A stretch of DNA of 64,000 nt from Mobula hypostoma (Eukaryota), in contig NC_086097.1 in assembly GCF_963921235.1 (NCBI RefSeq), positions 90,150,001 to 90,214,000 on the forward strand, in the 5' to 3' direction. The notes beneath the pieces are model-generated. The model was not told the DNA's origin and made no database searches. It saw only the letters and a list, made by a program, of their open reading frames with translations. Shown here piece after piece: positions 13,456 to 25,989 of the stretch. The position numbers and the translations under genes were made by a program. Numbering within the stretch: position 1 is the first letter of the stretch; every line of letters begins with the position of its first letter.

Positions 13456-13903
13456 GAGAGAATCCAGGATGGTTTGTTGCCTCCCGGGTGCCAGGGTCAA
13501 GGATGTCTCTGATCGATTGCATGACATTCTGAAGTGGGAGGGTGACCAGCCAGATGTCGTGGTGCACATTGGTACCAATGACAGAGCAAGGAAGAGTGAA
13601 GAGGTCCTGGACAGTGAGTATAGAGAACTTGGTAGGAAGTTGAAAAGCAGGACCTCAAGGGTGGTAATCTCAGGATTGCTACCTGTGCTAGGTGCCAGTG
13701 AGGGTAGGAATAGGATGCTCTGGAGGAGGAACAAGTGGCTGAGGAGCTGGTGTAGGGGGCAGGGTTTCAGATTTCAGGATCATTGGGACCTCTTCTGGGG
13801 CAGGTGGGACCTGTACAAGAGAGACGGGTTACACTTGAACCACAGGGGGACCAATATCCTTTCAGGGAGGTTTGTTAGTGTTATTGGGGAGGCTTTAAAC
13901 TAG
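13456..13903 (+). pseudogene. CR1 ORF1 C-terminal SGNH esterase domain, 5'-truncated
   Basis: CCLPGARVKDV...DVVVHIGTND...VVISGLLP...DGLHLN, the SGNH/GDSL esterase motifs of CR1 ORF1. Confidence 0.85.
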
Positions 13904-13905
13904 AT

Positions 13906-16833
13906 TTGCAGGGGGATGGGAACCAGAGTGCCAGAGCTGACAGTGTGGCTGGGGTGAAAATAAATGATGTTGAAAGTTTAAGCAAATCCGCTGATAGAAA
14001 GGTTGTGAGTGGTGGTAAAAATCTTCTGAGGTTTATATATTTCAATGCTAGGAGTATTGCGGGGAAGGCGGATGAGTTGAGGGCGTGGATTGACACGTGG
14101 AATTATGATGTTGTAGCAATTAGTGAAACTTGGCTACAGGAGGGGCAGGACTGGCAGCTTAATTTACCAGGGTTCCGATGTTTCAGATGTGATCGAGGCA
14201 GAGGAATGAAAGGTGGGGGAGTAGCATTGCTTGTTAGGGAAAATATTACAGCAGTGCTCAGGCAGGACAGATTAGAGGGCTTGTCTACTGAGTCCTTATG
14301 GGTGGAGCTGAGAAACAGGAAAGGTATGGCCACATTAGTGGGATTGTAGTACAGACCACCCAATAGTCAACGAGACTTGGAAGAGCAAATATGCAGAGAG
14401 ATAGCAGGCAACTGCAGGAAACATAAAGTTGTGGTGGTAGGGGATTTTAATTTTCCATACATTGATTGGGACTCCCATACTGTTAGGGGTCTAGATGGTT
14501 TAGAGTTTGTAAAATGTGTTCAGGAAAGTTTTCTAAATCAATATATAGAGGGACCAACTAGAGGGGATGCAATATTGGATCTCCTGTTAGGTAACAAATT
14601 AGGGCAAGTGACAGAAGCCTGTGTAGGGGAGCACTTTGGTTCCAGTGATCATAACACCATTAGTTTCAATTTGATCATGGACAAGGATAGATCTGGTCCT
14701 AGGGTTGAGGTTCTGAACTGGAAGAAGGCCAAATTTGAAGAAATGAGAAAGGATCTAAAAAGCGTGGATTGGGACAGGTTGTTCTCTGGCAAAGATCTGA
14801 TTGGTAGGTGGGAAGCCTTCAAAGGGGAAATTTTGAGAGTGCAGAGTTTGTATGTTCCTGTCAGGATTAAAGGCAAATTGAATAGCAATAAGGAACCTTG
14901 GTTCTCAAGGGATATTGCAACTCTGATAAAGAAGAAGAGGGAGTTGTATGAAATGTATAGGAAACAGGGGATAAATCAGGTGCTTGAAGAGTATAAGAAG
15001 TGCAAGAAAATACTTAAGAAAGAAATCAGGAGGGCTAAAAGAAGACATGAGGTTGCCTTGGCAGTCAAAGCGAAAGATAATCCAAAGAGCTTTTACAAGT
15101 ATATTAAGAGCAAAAGGATTGTAAGGGATAAAATTGGTCCTCTTGAAGATCACAGTGGTCGGCTTTGTGCGGAACCAAAGGAAATGGGGGAGATCTTAAA
15201 TAGGTTTTTTGCGTCTGTATTTACTAAGGAAGCTGGCATGAAATCTATGGAATTGAGGGAGTCAAGTAGTGAGACCATGGAAACTGTACAGATTGAAAAG
15301 GAGGAGGTGCTTGCTGTCTTGAGGAAAATTAAAGTGGATAAATCCCCGGGACCTGACAGAGTGTTCCCTCGGACCTTGAAGGAGACTAGTGTTGAAATTG
15401 CGGGGGCCCTGGCAGAAATATTTAAAATGTCGCTGTCTACGGGTGAAGTGCCGGAGGATTGGAGAGTGGCTCATGTTGTTCCGTTGTTTAAAAAAGGATC
15501 GAAAAGTAATCCGGGAAATTATAGGCCAGTGAGTTTAACGTCAGTAGTAGGTAAGTTATTGGAGGGAGTACTAAGAGACAGAATCTACAAGCATTTGGAT
15601 AGACAGGGGCTTATTAGGGAGAGTCAACATGACTTTGTGCGTGGTAGGTCATGTTTGACCAATCTGTTGGAGTTTTTCGAGGAGGTTACCAGGAAAGTGG
15701 ATGAAGGGAAGGCAGTGGATATTGTCTACATGGACTTCAGTAAGGCCTTTGACAAGGTCCCGCATGGGAGGTTAGTTAGGAAAATTCAGTCGCTAGGTAT
15801 ACATGGAGAGGTGGTAAATTGGATTAGACATTGGCTCAATGGAAGAAGCCAGAGAGTGGTGGTAGAGAATTGCTTCTCTGAGTGGAGGCCTGTGACTAGT
15901 GGTGTGCCACAGGGATCAGTGCTGGGTCCATTGTTATTTGTCATCTATATCAATGATCTGGATGATAATGTGGTAAATTGGATCAGCAAGTTTACTGATG
16001 ATACAAAGATTGGAGGTGTAGTAGACAGTGAGGAAGGTTTTCAGCGCCTGCAGAGGGACTTGGACCAGCTGGAAAAATGGGCTGAAAAATGGCAGATGGA
16101 GTTTAATACTGACAAGTGTGAGGTATTGCACGTTGGAAGGACAAACCAACGTAGAACATACAGGGTTAATGGTAAGGCACTGAGGAGTGCAGTGGAACAA
16201 AGGGATCTGGGAATACAGATACAAAATTCCCTAAAAGTGGCGTCACAGGTAGATAGGGTCGTAAAGAGAGCTTTTGGTACATTGGCCTTTATTAATCGAA
16301 GTATTGAGTATAAGAGCTGGAATGTTATGATGAGGTTGTATAAGGCATTGGTGAGGCCGAATCTGGAGTATTGTGTTCAGTTTTGGTCACCAAATTACAG
16401 GAAGGATATAAATAAGGTTGAAAGAGTGCAGAGAAGGTTTACAAGAATGTTGCCGGGACTTGAGAAACTCAGTTACAGAGAAAGGTTGAATAGTTTAGGA
16501 CTTTATTCCCTGGAGCGTAGAAGAATGAGGGGAGATTTGATAGAGGTATATAAAATTGTGATGGGTATAGATAGAGTGAATGCAAGCAGGCTTTTTCCAC
16601 TGAGCCAAGGGGAGAAAAAAACCAGAGGACATGGGTTAAGGGTGAGGGGGGAAAAGTTTAAAGGGAACATTAGTGGGGGCTTCTTCACACAGAGAGTGGT
16701 GGGAGTATGGAATGAGCTGCCAGACGAGGTGGTAAATGCGGGTTCTTTTTTAACATTTAAGAATAAATTGGACAGATACATGGATGGGAGGTGTATGGAG
16801 GGATATGGTCCGTGTGCAGGTCAGTGGGACTAG
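13906..16833 (+). pseudogene. CR1 ORF2 (APE endonuclease plus RT), near-intact with one in-frame stop
   Basis: YFNARS, AISETW, GDFN, SSDHN, KSPGPD, YRPVSLTS, DFSKAFDKV, GVPQGSVLGP, FTDD; ORFs 13906-14349 and 14377-16833 are in one frame separated by TAG at 14347-14349. Confidence 0.95.
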
Positions 16834-16915
16834 GCAGAAAATGGTTCGGCACAGCCAAGAAGGGCCAAAAGGCCTGTTTCTGTGCTGTAGTTTCTGTGGT
16901 TCTATGGTTCTATGG

Positions 16916-17110
16916 TGTGTATAAAAATAAATAATGGATGGGGTACGAGGGGGAGGTGGAGCATTAGCGGAAGTTAGAGAAGTCGATGTTCATGCCATCA
17001 GGTTGGAGGCTACCCAAATGGAATATAAGGTGTTGTTCCTCCAACCTGAGTGTGGCTTCATCTTTACAGTAGAGGAGGCCATGGATAGATACAGTAGAGG
17101 AGGCCGTGGA
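16916..17110 (-). mobile_element. Remainder of the PLE left arm (end of GIY-YIG ORF)
   Basis: Reverse complement of ...DEATLRLEEQHLIFHLGSLQPDGMNIDFSNFR; continues 13083-13455. Confidence 0.85.
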
Positions 17111-17814
17111 CACTTCACCTGTGAGTCGGCTGGGGTGATATACTGCGTCCGGTGCTCCCGATGTGGCCTTTTATATATTGGCGAGACCCGACGCAGACTG
17201 GGAGATCGTTTTGATGAACACCTACGCTCTGTCCACCAGAGAAAGCAGGATCTCCCGGTGGCCACACATTTTAATTCCATATCCCATTCCCATTCTGACA
17301 TGTCTATCCACGGCCTCCTCTACTGTAAAGATGAAGCCACACTCAGGTTGGAGGAACAACACCTTATATTCTGTCTGGGTAGCCTCCAACCTGATGGCAT
17401 GAACATCGACTTCTCTAACTTCCGCTAATGCCCCACCCCTCCGTACCCCATCCGTTATTTATTTTCATACATACATTCTTTCTTTCACTCTCCTTTTTCT
17501 CCCTCTGTCCCTCTGACTATACCTCTTGCCCATCCTCTGGGTTCCCCCCCCCCTTGTCTTTCTCCCCGGACCTCCTGTCCCATGATCCTCTCATATCCCC
17601 TTTGCCAATCACCTGACCACCTCTTGGCTCCATCCCTCCCCCTCCTGTCTTCTCCTATCATTTTGGATCTCCCCCTCCCCCTCCCACTTTCAAATCTCTT
17701 ACTAACTCTTCCTTCAGTTAGTCCTGACGAAGGGTCTCGACCTGAAACATCGACTATACCTCTTCCTAGAGATGCTGCCTGGCCTGCTGCGTTCACCAGC
17801 AACTTTGATGTGTG
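17111..17814 (+). mobile_element. PLE right arm (GIY-YIG domain and 3' region)
   Basis: HFTCESAGVIYCVRCSRCGLLYIGETRRRLGDRF; followed by TSD GTGCTGTTATCACA (17815-17828). Confidence 0.9.
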
Positions 17815-18430
17815 GTGCTGTTATCACATCTTTGATAACTGACTCTAGCATTTTCCCCACCACCGATGTCAGGCTAACCGGTCTATAATTCCTCGGTTTC
17901 TCTCTCCCTCCTTTTTTAAAAAGTGAGGTTACATTAGCCACCCTCCAATCCTCAGGAACTAGTCCAGAATCTAAAGAGTTTTGAAAAATTATCACTAATG
18001 CATCCACTATTTCTTGGGCTACTTCCTTAAGCCCTCTGGGATGCAGACCATCTGGCCCTGGGGATTTATCTGCCTTTAATCCCTTCAATTTACCTAACAC
18101 CACTTCCCTACTAACATGTATTTCCCTCAGTTCCTCCATCTCACTGGACCCTCTGTCCCCTACTATTTCTGGAAGATTATTTATGTCCTCCTTAGTGAAG
18201 ACAGAACCAAAGTAGTTATTCAATTGGTCTGCCATGTCCTTGCTCCCCATAATTAATTCACCTGTTTCTGTCTGTAGGGGCCTACATTTGTCTTAACCAA
18301 TCTTTTTCTTTTCACATATCTATAAAAGCTTTTACAGTCAGTTTTTATGTTCCCTGCCAGTTTTTTCTCATAATCTTTTTTCCCCTTCCTAATTAAGCCC
18401 TTCGTACTCCTCTGCTGGACTCTGAATTTC
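17815..18430 (-). mobile_element. CR1 LINE 5' half of the copy at 11731-13082
   Basis: KSPGPDGLHPR...NYRPVSLTSVVGKMLESVIKDVITA joins ITAHLEGGEIIGQSQHGF across the insertion. Confidence 0.95.
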
Positions 18431-18698
18431 AGGTAGTATCTATGCAAACAGAAACAGAGCTAACTTTTCATATCAAAGACCTTCACCATGTCCTACTTTA
18501 TGCAACTTAGATATACCTACTATTCTCTGTTTACCAGTTCTGATAATCATAGACACATAGAAAACTATAGTACAGTACTTAGAACTAACTTGTATTTTCT
18601 GTATATCAGTTCTGATGATGAGTCATCGACCCAGATGAGATGATAACTCTGTTTCACTTTTCCCAGGTGCAGTCTGTCTCACTGAGAGTTTCCAGCAC

Positions 18699-18884
18699 TT
18701 ATTTATTCTGGTATGTACAGATTAAAGGTATGTATTTATTTATTCCAGTATGTACAGTTTATATGTATTTATTTATTCTGGTATGTACAGATTATACGCA
18801 TGTATTTATTTATTCCGGTACGTACGGTTTATACGCATGTATTTATTTATTCCGGTACGTACAGTTTATACGCATGTATTTATT
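18699..18884. repeat. Minisatellite, 33-37 bp unit, about 5 copies
   Basis: Unit TATTTATTTATTCCGGTACGTACAGTTTATACGCATG with variants; abuts the (TTTA)n tail of a SINE remnant. Confidence 0.85.
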
Positions 18885-19209
18885 GAGATACAGTGCGGAG
18901 AAGACCCTTCCAGCCCTTCAGGCCCAGGAGACCAATTGAACTATCGACCGCTACATCTTTGAACGGTGGGAGGAAACTGGAGCACCAGACGTACAAACTC
19001 CTTACGGACAGTGGCTGCTTTGTATTTGGTTTTATTTCACACTTTTTTGCATTGTAAAATTTCAGAAGGTTGTACAAAACTTTAGTGAGAGCTTAAACAG
19101 TGCTGTTTTTGATGAATCTGCGACATTTACTTCACACTTTTCAATAAAAACAGAACAGAAAGCATTCACGTATTAACATGACCTATCTCGAAACACTTGT
19201 GTTCTCTCT

Positions 19210-21446
19210 AGAGGGCAACACACATGAACTGCTGGAGAAACTCAGCAGGTCAGGCAGCATCCATGGAAAAGAGTGAACAGTCAATGTTTCAGGCCGAGGC
19301 CCTTCATCAGGACTGGAAAGGAAGGGGAGAAGTCAGAATAAGAAGGTGAGGGGAGGGGAGGAAGAAGTACAAGGTGGCAGGTGATAGGTGAAACTGGGAG
19401 TGTGGGGGGGTGAAGTAAAGAGCTGGAAAGTTGATTGGTGAAAGAGATAAAGGGCTGGAGAAGGGGAATCTGATAGAGAGGACAGAAGGCCATGGAAGAA
19501 GGGGAAGGTGGAGGAGAATGAAAAGCCTGATCCTGATAACAGATACAGCAGAGAAAAAAGAATTCAGAGAAGAGGATGGCATTTTTACAAGTGACAGTGT
19601 GGGAAGAGCTATAGTCCAGATAGCTGTGAGAGTCAGTGGGTTTATAAAAGATATCAGTAGATAGACTGTCTCCAGGGGTGGAGACAGAGAGATCAAGAAA
19701 TGAGAGAGAGGTGTCAGAAGTGGACCAAGTAAATTTGAGGGTAGGGTGGAAGTTGGAGGCAAAGTTGATAAAATTGATGAGCTCAGAATGGGTGCAGGAA
19801 GCAACACTAATTCAGTTGTCAATGTAGCATAGGAAGAGTTGGGAGCAATGCTGGTGTAGGCTTAAAACATGGACTGTTCCACATAGCTGATGAAAAGACA
19901 GGTATAGCTGGGACTCATGTGATGTGCCCATAATTTCATCTTTAGTTTGAAGGAAGTGGGAGGAGCTGAAGGAGAAATTATTGATGGTGAAGACCAGTTC
20001 CACCAGATGGAGGAGAGTGGTGGTATAGGGGAACTGGTTGGGTTTGTTGCCCAGAAGAGAGCAGAGAGCTTTATGGGCCTCCTGATAGGGGATGGAGGTG
20101 TTAAGGGACTGGAAGTCCATGGTGAAAATAATTCAGTGGGGCAGGAACAAGCAGAAACTATGGGTCTACCTGGACAGTCAGGTGTATGGATCTTGGGTAG
20201 CAGGTAGAAATGGGAGGTGTGGTGTAAGGGAACTATGAGGTCGGTGGCCGTGGATGGGAGATCCCAGAGTTGATGAGGTCAGTGACGTTGTGGGGGACGA
20301 TGGCCTGGTTCTCCTTAGTAGGACCCTGTTCGAGGGGTTAGTTAGAGGAGGAGGTATCTGACAGTTGTCATTGGTCCTCAGCAAGGTAGAGATCAATCCA
20401 CCAGCCTACTACAGCACTCTTCTTATCTGCAGGTTTGATGGTGAGGTTGGGATTAGTGCAGACAGAGTGGAGAGCAGTGCATTCAGAAGAAGTGAGGTTA
20501 GAATTGGACAGAGAAGTGTTGATGTCCCGTCGGCAGCTAGCGATGAAAAGGTCCAGATCAGGCAGAAGACCAGGGCGGAATGTCCAGGAAGAGGAAGAGG
20601 GTTGATGACAGGAGAAGGGGTCATCGGTGCGGGGTGGAGGGTCCTTACCAAAGAAGTAGACACAGAAATGGAGATGATGGAAGAAGAGCTCGGTGTCACG
20701 GCAGGTGCGGAACTCATTGAGGTGCGGGCACCAGGGGACAATGATGAGGCCCTTGCTGAGGACAGAACATTCTGCCTCAGAGAGAGGCAGGTTGGAGGGA
20801 ATTGTGAAGATCTGGCACAGATGACAGCTGGGATGATAGGACTGGTAGTGTCTCAGGAGAGAGGAGAGTTGGGGTGTTCAGGGAAGGTAGGGAGGGAGGG
20901 AGGAAGTTGAAGGCTCCGTGGACCCAAGAGTTAACAGTGGGGCTTGAGAGAAACAAGGTTGCAGAGTGGTGGTGGGGGAAGGAGAGACTGGGGTTCCAGC
21001 GGCAGCACGCAAAGTCTCAGCCTGGACGTGCTGTTGGTCAAATTCCAGGCAGGAGTCGGAGTTTGAGGTTGTGTAATTAGCAGTTTCAAGGTGTCCGCGT
21101 TTGTTGAAATCGGCACCGGCAGTGGTGGAATCCCAGTTCTGAATCCGCTCAGGATCATTGGAACCGGTGTTGGTGATGTTGGAAATGTCCAGCACTGTGG
21201 GGCCAGGGACAGATTCAAAGAGGTTTGTAACCTGGGGGCGTGTGATAGTATCAATGTCCAAGTGGCGGCAGCAGGGATGCTGGTCTGGGGCATCCAGGGC
21301 CGCCAGTGTTAAAGGCGGTGGGTTCTGTGGTCTGCATACGGGTGTCGGCTGCTCACTCTTTTCCATAGATGCTACCGACCTGCTGAGTTCTTCCGGGCTT
21401 TTGTGTGTGTTGCTTGGATTTCCAGCATCCGTAGATTTTCCCCTGT
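19210..21446 (-). mobile_element. Older PLE: minus-strand 3' region, degenerate RT and N-terminal part, plus a short inverted 3' end at about 21350-21446
   Basis: Minus frames TSIPYQE...NNFSFSSSHFLQTK, LFLCYIDN; GIY-YIG region deleted; TSD TTG(T/C)GTTCTCTCT at 19197-19209 and 21447-21459. Confidence 0.8.
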
Positions 21447-22699
21447 TTGCGTTCTCTCTGTCTTTTATAAATTATGCTATTCATCATACCATAAAATTAA
21501 ATGTAGGATATTTGTGCAGGGATTGCTGACTTTGCACCATGTAACTGAGGTAAATGCAATAACATGTGCTGTGAGGAAATGGATTATGATCAAATGTCAT
21601 GTGATTGAGCATTGCAAAAGCAGTGTCACGTGACTGAGTGACATCATTGAGTGCCTTCACTCACTGTTTTGTACATTGTACAAAAGGCTGCCCTCCTCCT
21701 TGTTAAAAATGAAACCATGATTATAAGCTTCCTCAGACCTAAAGGAAAAATGAGTGAACAAGAGACATGAAAAGACTAGTTGGTCCTATCCCATGTATCA
21801 TGGCTGGAGTGCAAAGAACAATCTAGAAAATGTTCGGGTCCATACAATTAATAAATACAATATAAAATTCTCTTACTGATTGAGATTATGATTCAAAGTT
21901 AAACAGAATTAATTTAAACAATTTAAATGTCCTTACATGGATTTAGATGATCAAAGTTCAAAGTATATTTAATTATTATCAAAGTTATGTATACATTATA
22001 CAACCTTGAGATTCACCTCCTTACAGGCAGCCATGAAACAAAAAAACTCAAAGGAACCCATAAAAAAAGAAAAAAAAGAACCCAAAGCGCAGGGAGAAAG
22101 AAGAACAAATCACGCAAACAATAAACACAAGCAAACAGTGCTTTCCACTGAAGTCCATGGAGAGTTCAGCACCAGATCCTTAACTCTGTGCAGAATGGGG
22201 CAGTGAGTGAACTGGCCTGTCCTTTGCCTCAGGCCCCAACACCCTGACCCTTTCAATTTGGCCTGGTGTTTAAGTCGTTGTCCAAACATTGGGTTCGGTC
22301 ACTTCAGTACACTCTGGGGCCTGGATCTTACTGCCTTGCTTCGGCCCGTGCCTGACCTTTCCAATTTGGCTCAGCACTTAAATCGATCAAACCTCGGGTC
22401 TTCCTCGGTCTTGTGAAAAGGCCTCACCTCGCCTCGATCCTGCCACATCACATTGCCTCCAGGTCCAAAAGAGGTTACAGACTATCGCTTACCATGATCG
22501 ATTGTCAGAAAAAGTCTGATTAACTAAGTATTTGGTTGTTTTCCTTGTTTCTTCGGCCACCAGCTAGAAGCTGCGTGGTTCACCAGCACCATCTAAAACT
22601 GGAAGTTAATAAGCAATGAGCCATTTTGACTGCTACTTGATCAGTTTTACCACTTCATTTGGTTTTAACCGACTGATGACTGGATGATCCTTTTGCTTA

Positions 22700-22972
22700 T
22701 TTATTGGGATACAGCATGGAGTAGTCCATTCCAGCCCTTTGAGTCGTGCTGCCTGGCAACACTTTCTTTAATCCTAGCCTAATCACGGGACAAATTATAA
22801 TTAATCTCCCAACCGCTGTGTCCTTGACTGTGGGAGGACACTGGAGCACCTGGAGGAAACCCACGCAGTCACAGAAAGAATATACAAGCTCCTTGCAGGC
22901 AGCGGTGGGAATTGAACCTGTGTCACTGATACTGTGAAGTGTTGTGCTAACCACTATGCTACCACACCACCC
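22700..22972 (-). mobile_element. tRNA-derived SINE (HE1/V-SINE-like)
   Basis: Reverse strand GGTGTGGTAGCATAGTGGTTAGCAC...GGTTCAATTCC, then CTGCGTGGGTTTCCTCCAGGTGCTCCAGTGTCCTCCCAC core; related remnants near 18885, 28165, 32790, 51270 and 58320. Confidence 0.7.
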
Positions 22973-24689
22973 TCTTTAACTGTCATAATGTTCAATGATC
23001 TCGCAGAGACACTGCAGTGGGGTGACAACACAGAACTAAAGAAAAACAAGTTCAGCTATTTAGCTGGGAATTATATTGAAGTAGTACACCACTCATTTCT
23101 CACTTCATTCCTTATGCCAATGGATCATCAATGGCCTAAGGCATCAGGACTTTGCAACTCTCTTCCAAGTCGCTTTACTCTCTCAATGTCTACCTTCTAT
23201 GGTATCAAACATATTGTATCTTCCTTTGGTCCTTTCCCAATATCACACATCTCTAATCCATTTGCGGTTAGAGCACAGAGAGTTAGAGTATAGTAGAGGA
23301 TGATAATGAAACAGGAAAATGACATGGAGTTGATCAGTCAGCAACTATGCAGAGAGAAACAGAGCACTACTGTCTTACTACTGAATATAGTACCGCAGTG
23401 TGGCCCACCTGTGTAAGAGAGAGCAGGCTTCACAAATGAACTCAGAACTGGAGGTCTGGTCTAACTACAGCTTTCTGTGGCACAACACAAGCTCAAATGT
23501 TCTAGATTCCAGATAGAAAGTGAGTATTCCATTATCTTGTAAGGGCCATGATGAAAAAACAAGGCAAAGAGAAACAGCTAAGATGAAATCCCCTCATCTA
23601 ACAAGGAATGTGGGAAATACTGTTGATGGTAGTGCACTCCAGTATCACCAAGAGATCTTTGACAGAATGCAATGCGTACAGATCTCAAGATAAAGGATAC
23701 TATTTTGAAAGGCGACTTGTTGCAGAAGTACAGTGGTATCACAGGAGAACTGGTTTCACATTTCATTGGACTGGCATTGGTGTAGAATGAGGCCCAAGAT
23801 GGTCTACTGGGAATTAAGCCACAGAAAATAACCAAACCCGAAAGCTGCTATTGGGTCTGTGCTTAGCCAGGTCTTCTCAGGTTCTATCTGACTGAAACCT
23901 CCAAAGGCACTAAGAGTCATTGATTGAGGAATACAATTAGAAAATTACAATACAGAACCCAGAACAGAAGACTTAATCCCATATTCACTATTCTTCATCA
24001 TTCCCATCAGCATACCTTACTACTCCATTCTCATTCATGTGGAGGCCCAAAAATATCTTTCAAAGCATTCATTAAAATGTCAAAGACAGATATGGAACAC
24101 GGTAAGATAAAATGCTGGAGGAACTCTACAGGCCAGGCAATCTATGGAAAAGAGGAAATAGTCGATGTTTTGGGCCGAGATCCTTCTTCAGGACCCTTCC
24201 TGTGTTTGTAAGATAAAGAGGTTTTTTTTCAGGAAGGCCCACTTTGAAGAACCTCCGGTCCTCTTTCTAAGGAAATGTCTGCTTTTTGATGCTAATTTAA
24301 CCATATAACCATATAACAATTACAGCACAGAAACAGGCCATCTTGGCCCTTCTAGTCTGTGCCGAGTGCTTACTCTCACCTAGTCCCACCAACGTGCACT
24401 CAGCCCACAAACCTCAGTCCATAGACCTATCCAATTTTTTTTTCACCTTCGCTGGCTTCTGTTTCCTATGTTGCTTTTGATCATGGTTCTCTTCCTGGAT
24501 AATAGAATACTGCCCATGTCTGGAATAGAGGGAAGTTAAAAGTTGTCATGGCTCTTTACAAAATCCAAGTTAGGCCTTACCTGTTGGAACATGATCAATT
24601 CTGGACATAATAACAAAGGAAAGGCAAACTAGAATTAGATAGACTGCAGCATACACTTACCAGAATGATGGTTTTAAGTGTTAAGTTCT

Positions 24690-25087
24690 TCTTTTACCCA
24701 TTATGCCACTGGGTGTTTAGGACAGCAATGAAGGTCCATTTCTGGCAGTGTCCAGGGCTTCCTTCATCATATCAGTAACTTCCTCTCAGTTTACGGGCGA
24801 TCACGTAGGTCCCGGGTGGAGATCAGGAATATCATCGCACTCAGACATAGAAGAATTCTTCATTGTTATTGTCATTAAAATTTTGTTTTACCAGTCAGGG
24901 TGTTAGCCCTGAGCTGAACCACTGAACCTGGAGGACTGGTGGATCACTCTTAGTCTGGCCTTTACCCTTTGACCTGTATGACATGGATGACCCTACCAAG
25001 AGCCCCGACTCCAGCCAGCATCGCTCTCCGGGTCAAAGAGGCAGACATGCCTCCAAACCGTGACAAGGTAGTGGTCCTCTTGGAGGT
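24690..25087 (-). mobile_element. Non-autonomous RTE (Rex3/Expander-like) derivative
   Basis: Matches 27014-27435; reverse strand contains CTTGGTAGGGTCATCCATG...GGCCAGACTAAGAG, recalled as an Expander-type 5' UTR; no ORF. Confidence 0.55.
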
Positions 25088-25336
25088 AAGGGTTAAATAA
25101 CCAATGGAACTTCCAAGATTAAAGGATGATATGATTAAAATTTCAAGAATATAAAGAAATTATTGCTTACTTACTTACTTGGTACCATATTGAAAGAGGC
25201 TACTTTGGACTATTTGGCCAACTACCAGCAAAGAAATCCCATTAATTCTATTAGCCTTGTTATTTCTCTGTGGCCCTCCATCTCTCTCTCTCTCAGACAC
25301 ATGCAAGCACACACTTCTCCCTCTCTCTCCCTCATA

Positions 25337-25337
<1 letters not shown>

Positions 25338-25397
<60 letters not shown>
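25338..25397. repeat. (CA)n microsatellite, about 30 units
   Basis: Seen directly. Confidence 0.98.
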
Positions 25398-25400
<3 letters not shown>

Positions 25401-25989
25401 TCAACTTCACTTTGATTCTTTTTGCCACTTATCTACACCAGGGGGTAATTTACACTATCCAATTAACCTACTAGCATGTCTTTTGCATGTGGGGCACAAG
25501 GGGAAAACCAACCCAGAGAACATGCAAACACCACACAGGCAGCATCCAAATTTGGACTGAACACACATCCCTGAGGCTGTGAGACAACAGCACTACTTTC
25601 TGTATCAGATGTCAAGAGAAACAGGGTATGAAGCTATTAAACACTTTTACACTTGCACAAATGGCAATTAGTATGGATGAATCGTACACTTTAAAACTGA
25701 GATAGGTCGAGGTCAGAAATGCATGGCACAGTAGCTTCCACTGTTGCCTCCAGTGCTGTTTATATGGAGTTAACAAGCTCACCTTTAAGTGTTGTCACTC
25801 TGAGTGATCTGGTTACTTCCTACAAAATTTCTTGGTTGCTAAATTAATTGCCTGCTGTAAATCATCCATGTTGTAATCTTAGATGGTGGTCAATGGGGTG
25901 GGCCAAAGTTCTTGTTTCTGTATGTACAACGCAAAAAATCTTTGAATGCCAAGATATGCTTGAAAGGTTACTCTAGGATTACTGAACAA

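Larger units (their letters stand above)
13456..16915 (+). mobile_element. Young CR1 (HER1-like) LINE nested inside a PLE
   Basis: ORF1 end, ORF2, 3' UTR and (TTCTATGG)n tail at 16892-16915; the PLE sequence GAGAGTGAAAGAAAG / TGTGTATAAAAAT is split across its ends. Confidence 0.9.
7430..18570 (+). repeat. Copy B of the tandem duplication, expanded by later insertions
   Basis: Collinear with 2030-5420; interrupted by a PLE (10418-11295) and by the nested CR1/PLE block (11731-18430). Confidence 0.8.

Noticed and set aside
13031..13903. 290-aa ORF that looks like a novel esterase fusion
   Set aside because: Chance read-through of antisense CR1, antisense PLE 3' region and truncated CR1 ORF1 across insertion junctions
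13083..17814. DNA transposon or DIRS-like element with long terminal inverted repeats carrying an RT
   Set aside because: The inverted arms are PLE 3' ends and the internal ORFs are an ordinary CR1 with its own tail; no transposase or tyrosine recombinase
18699..18884. CRISPR-like array
   Set aside because: No unique spacers and no cas genes; eukaryotic minisatellite
23578..23835. Short ORFs in apparently unique sequence
   Set aside because: No recognisable homology or convincing splice pair
25163..25560. HT/CV-repeat ORFs
   Set aside because: Translations of the (CA)n microsatellite
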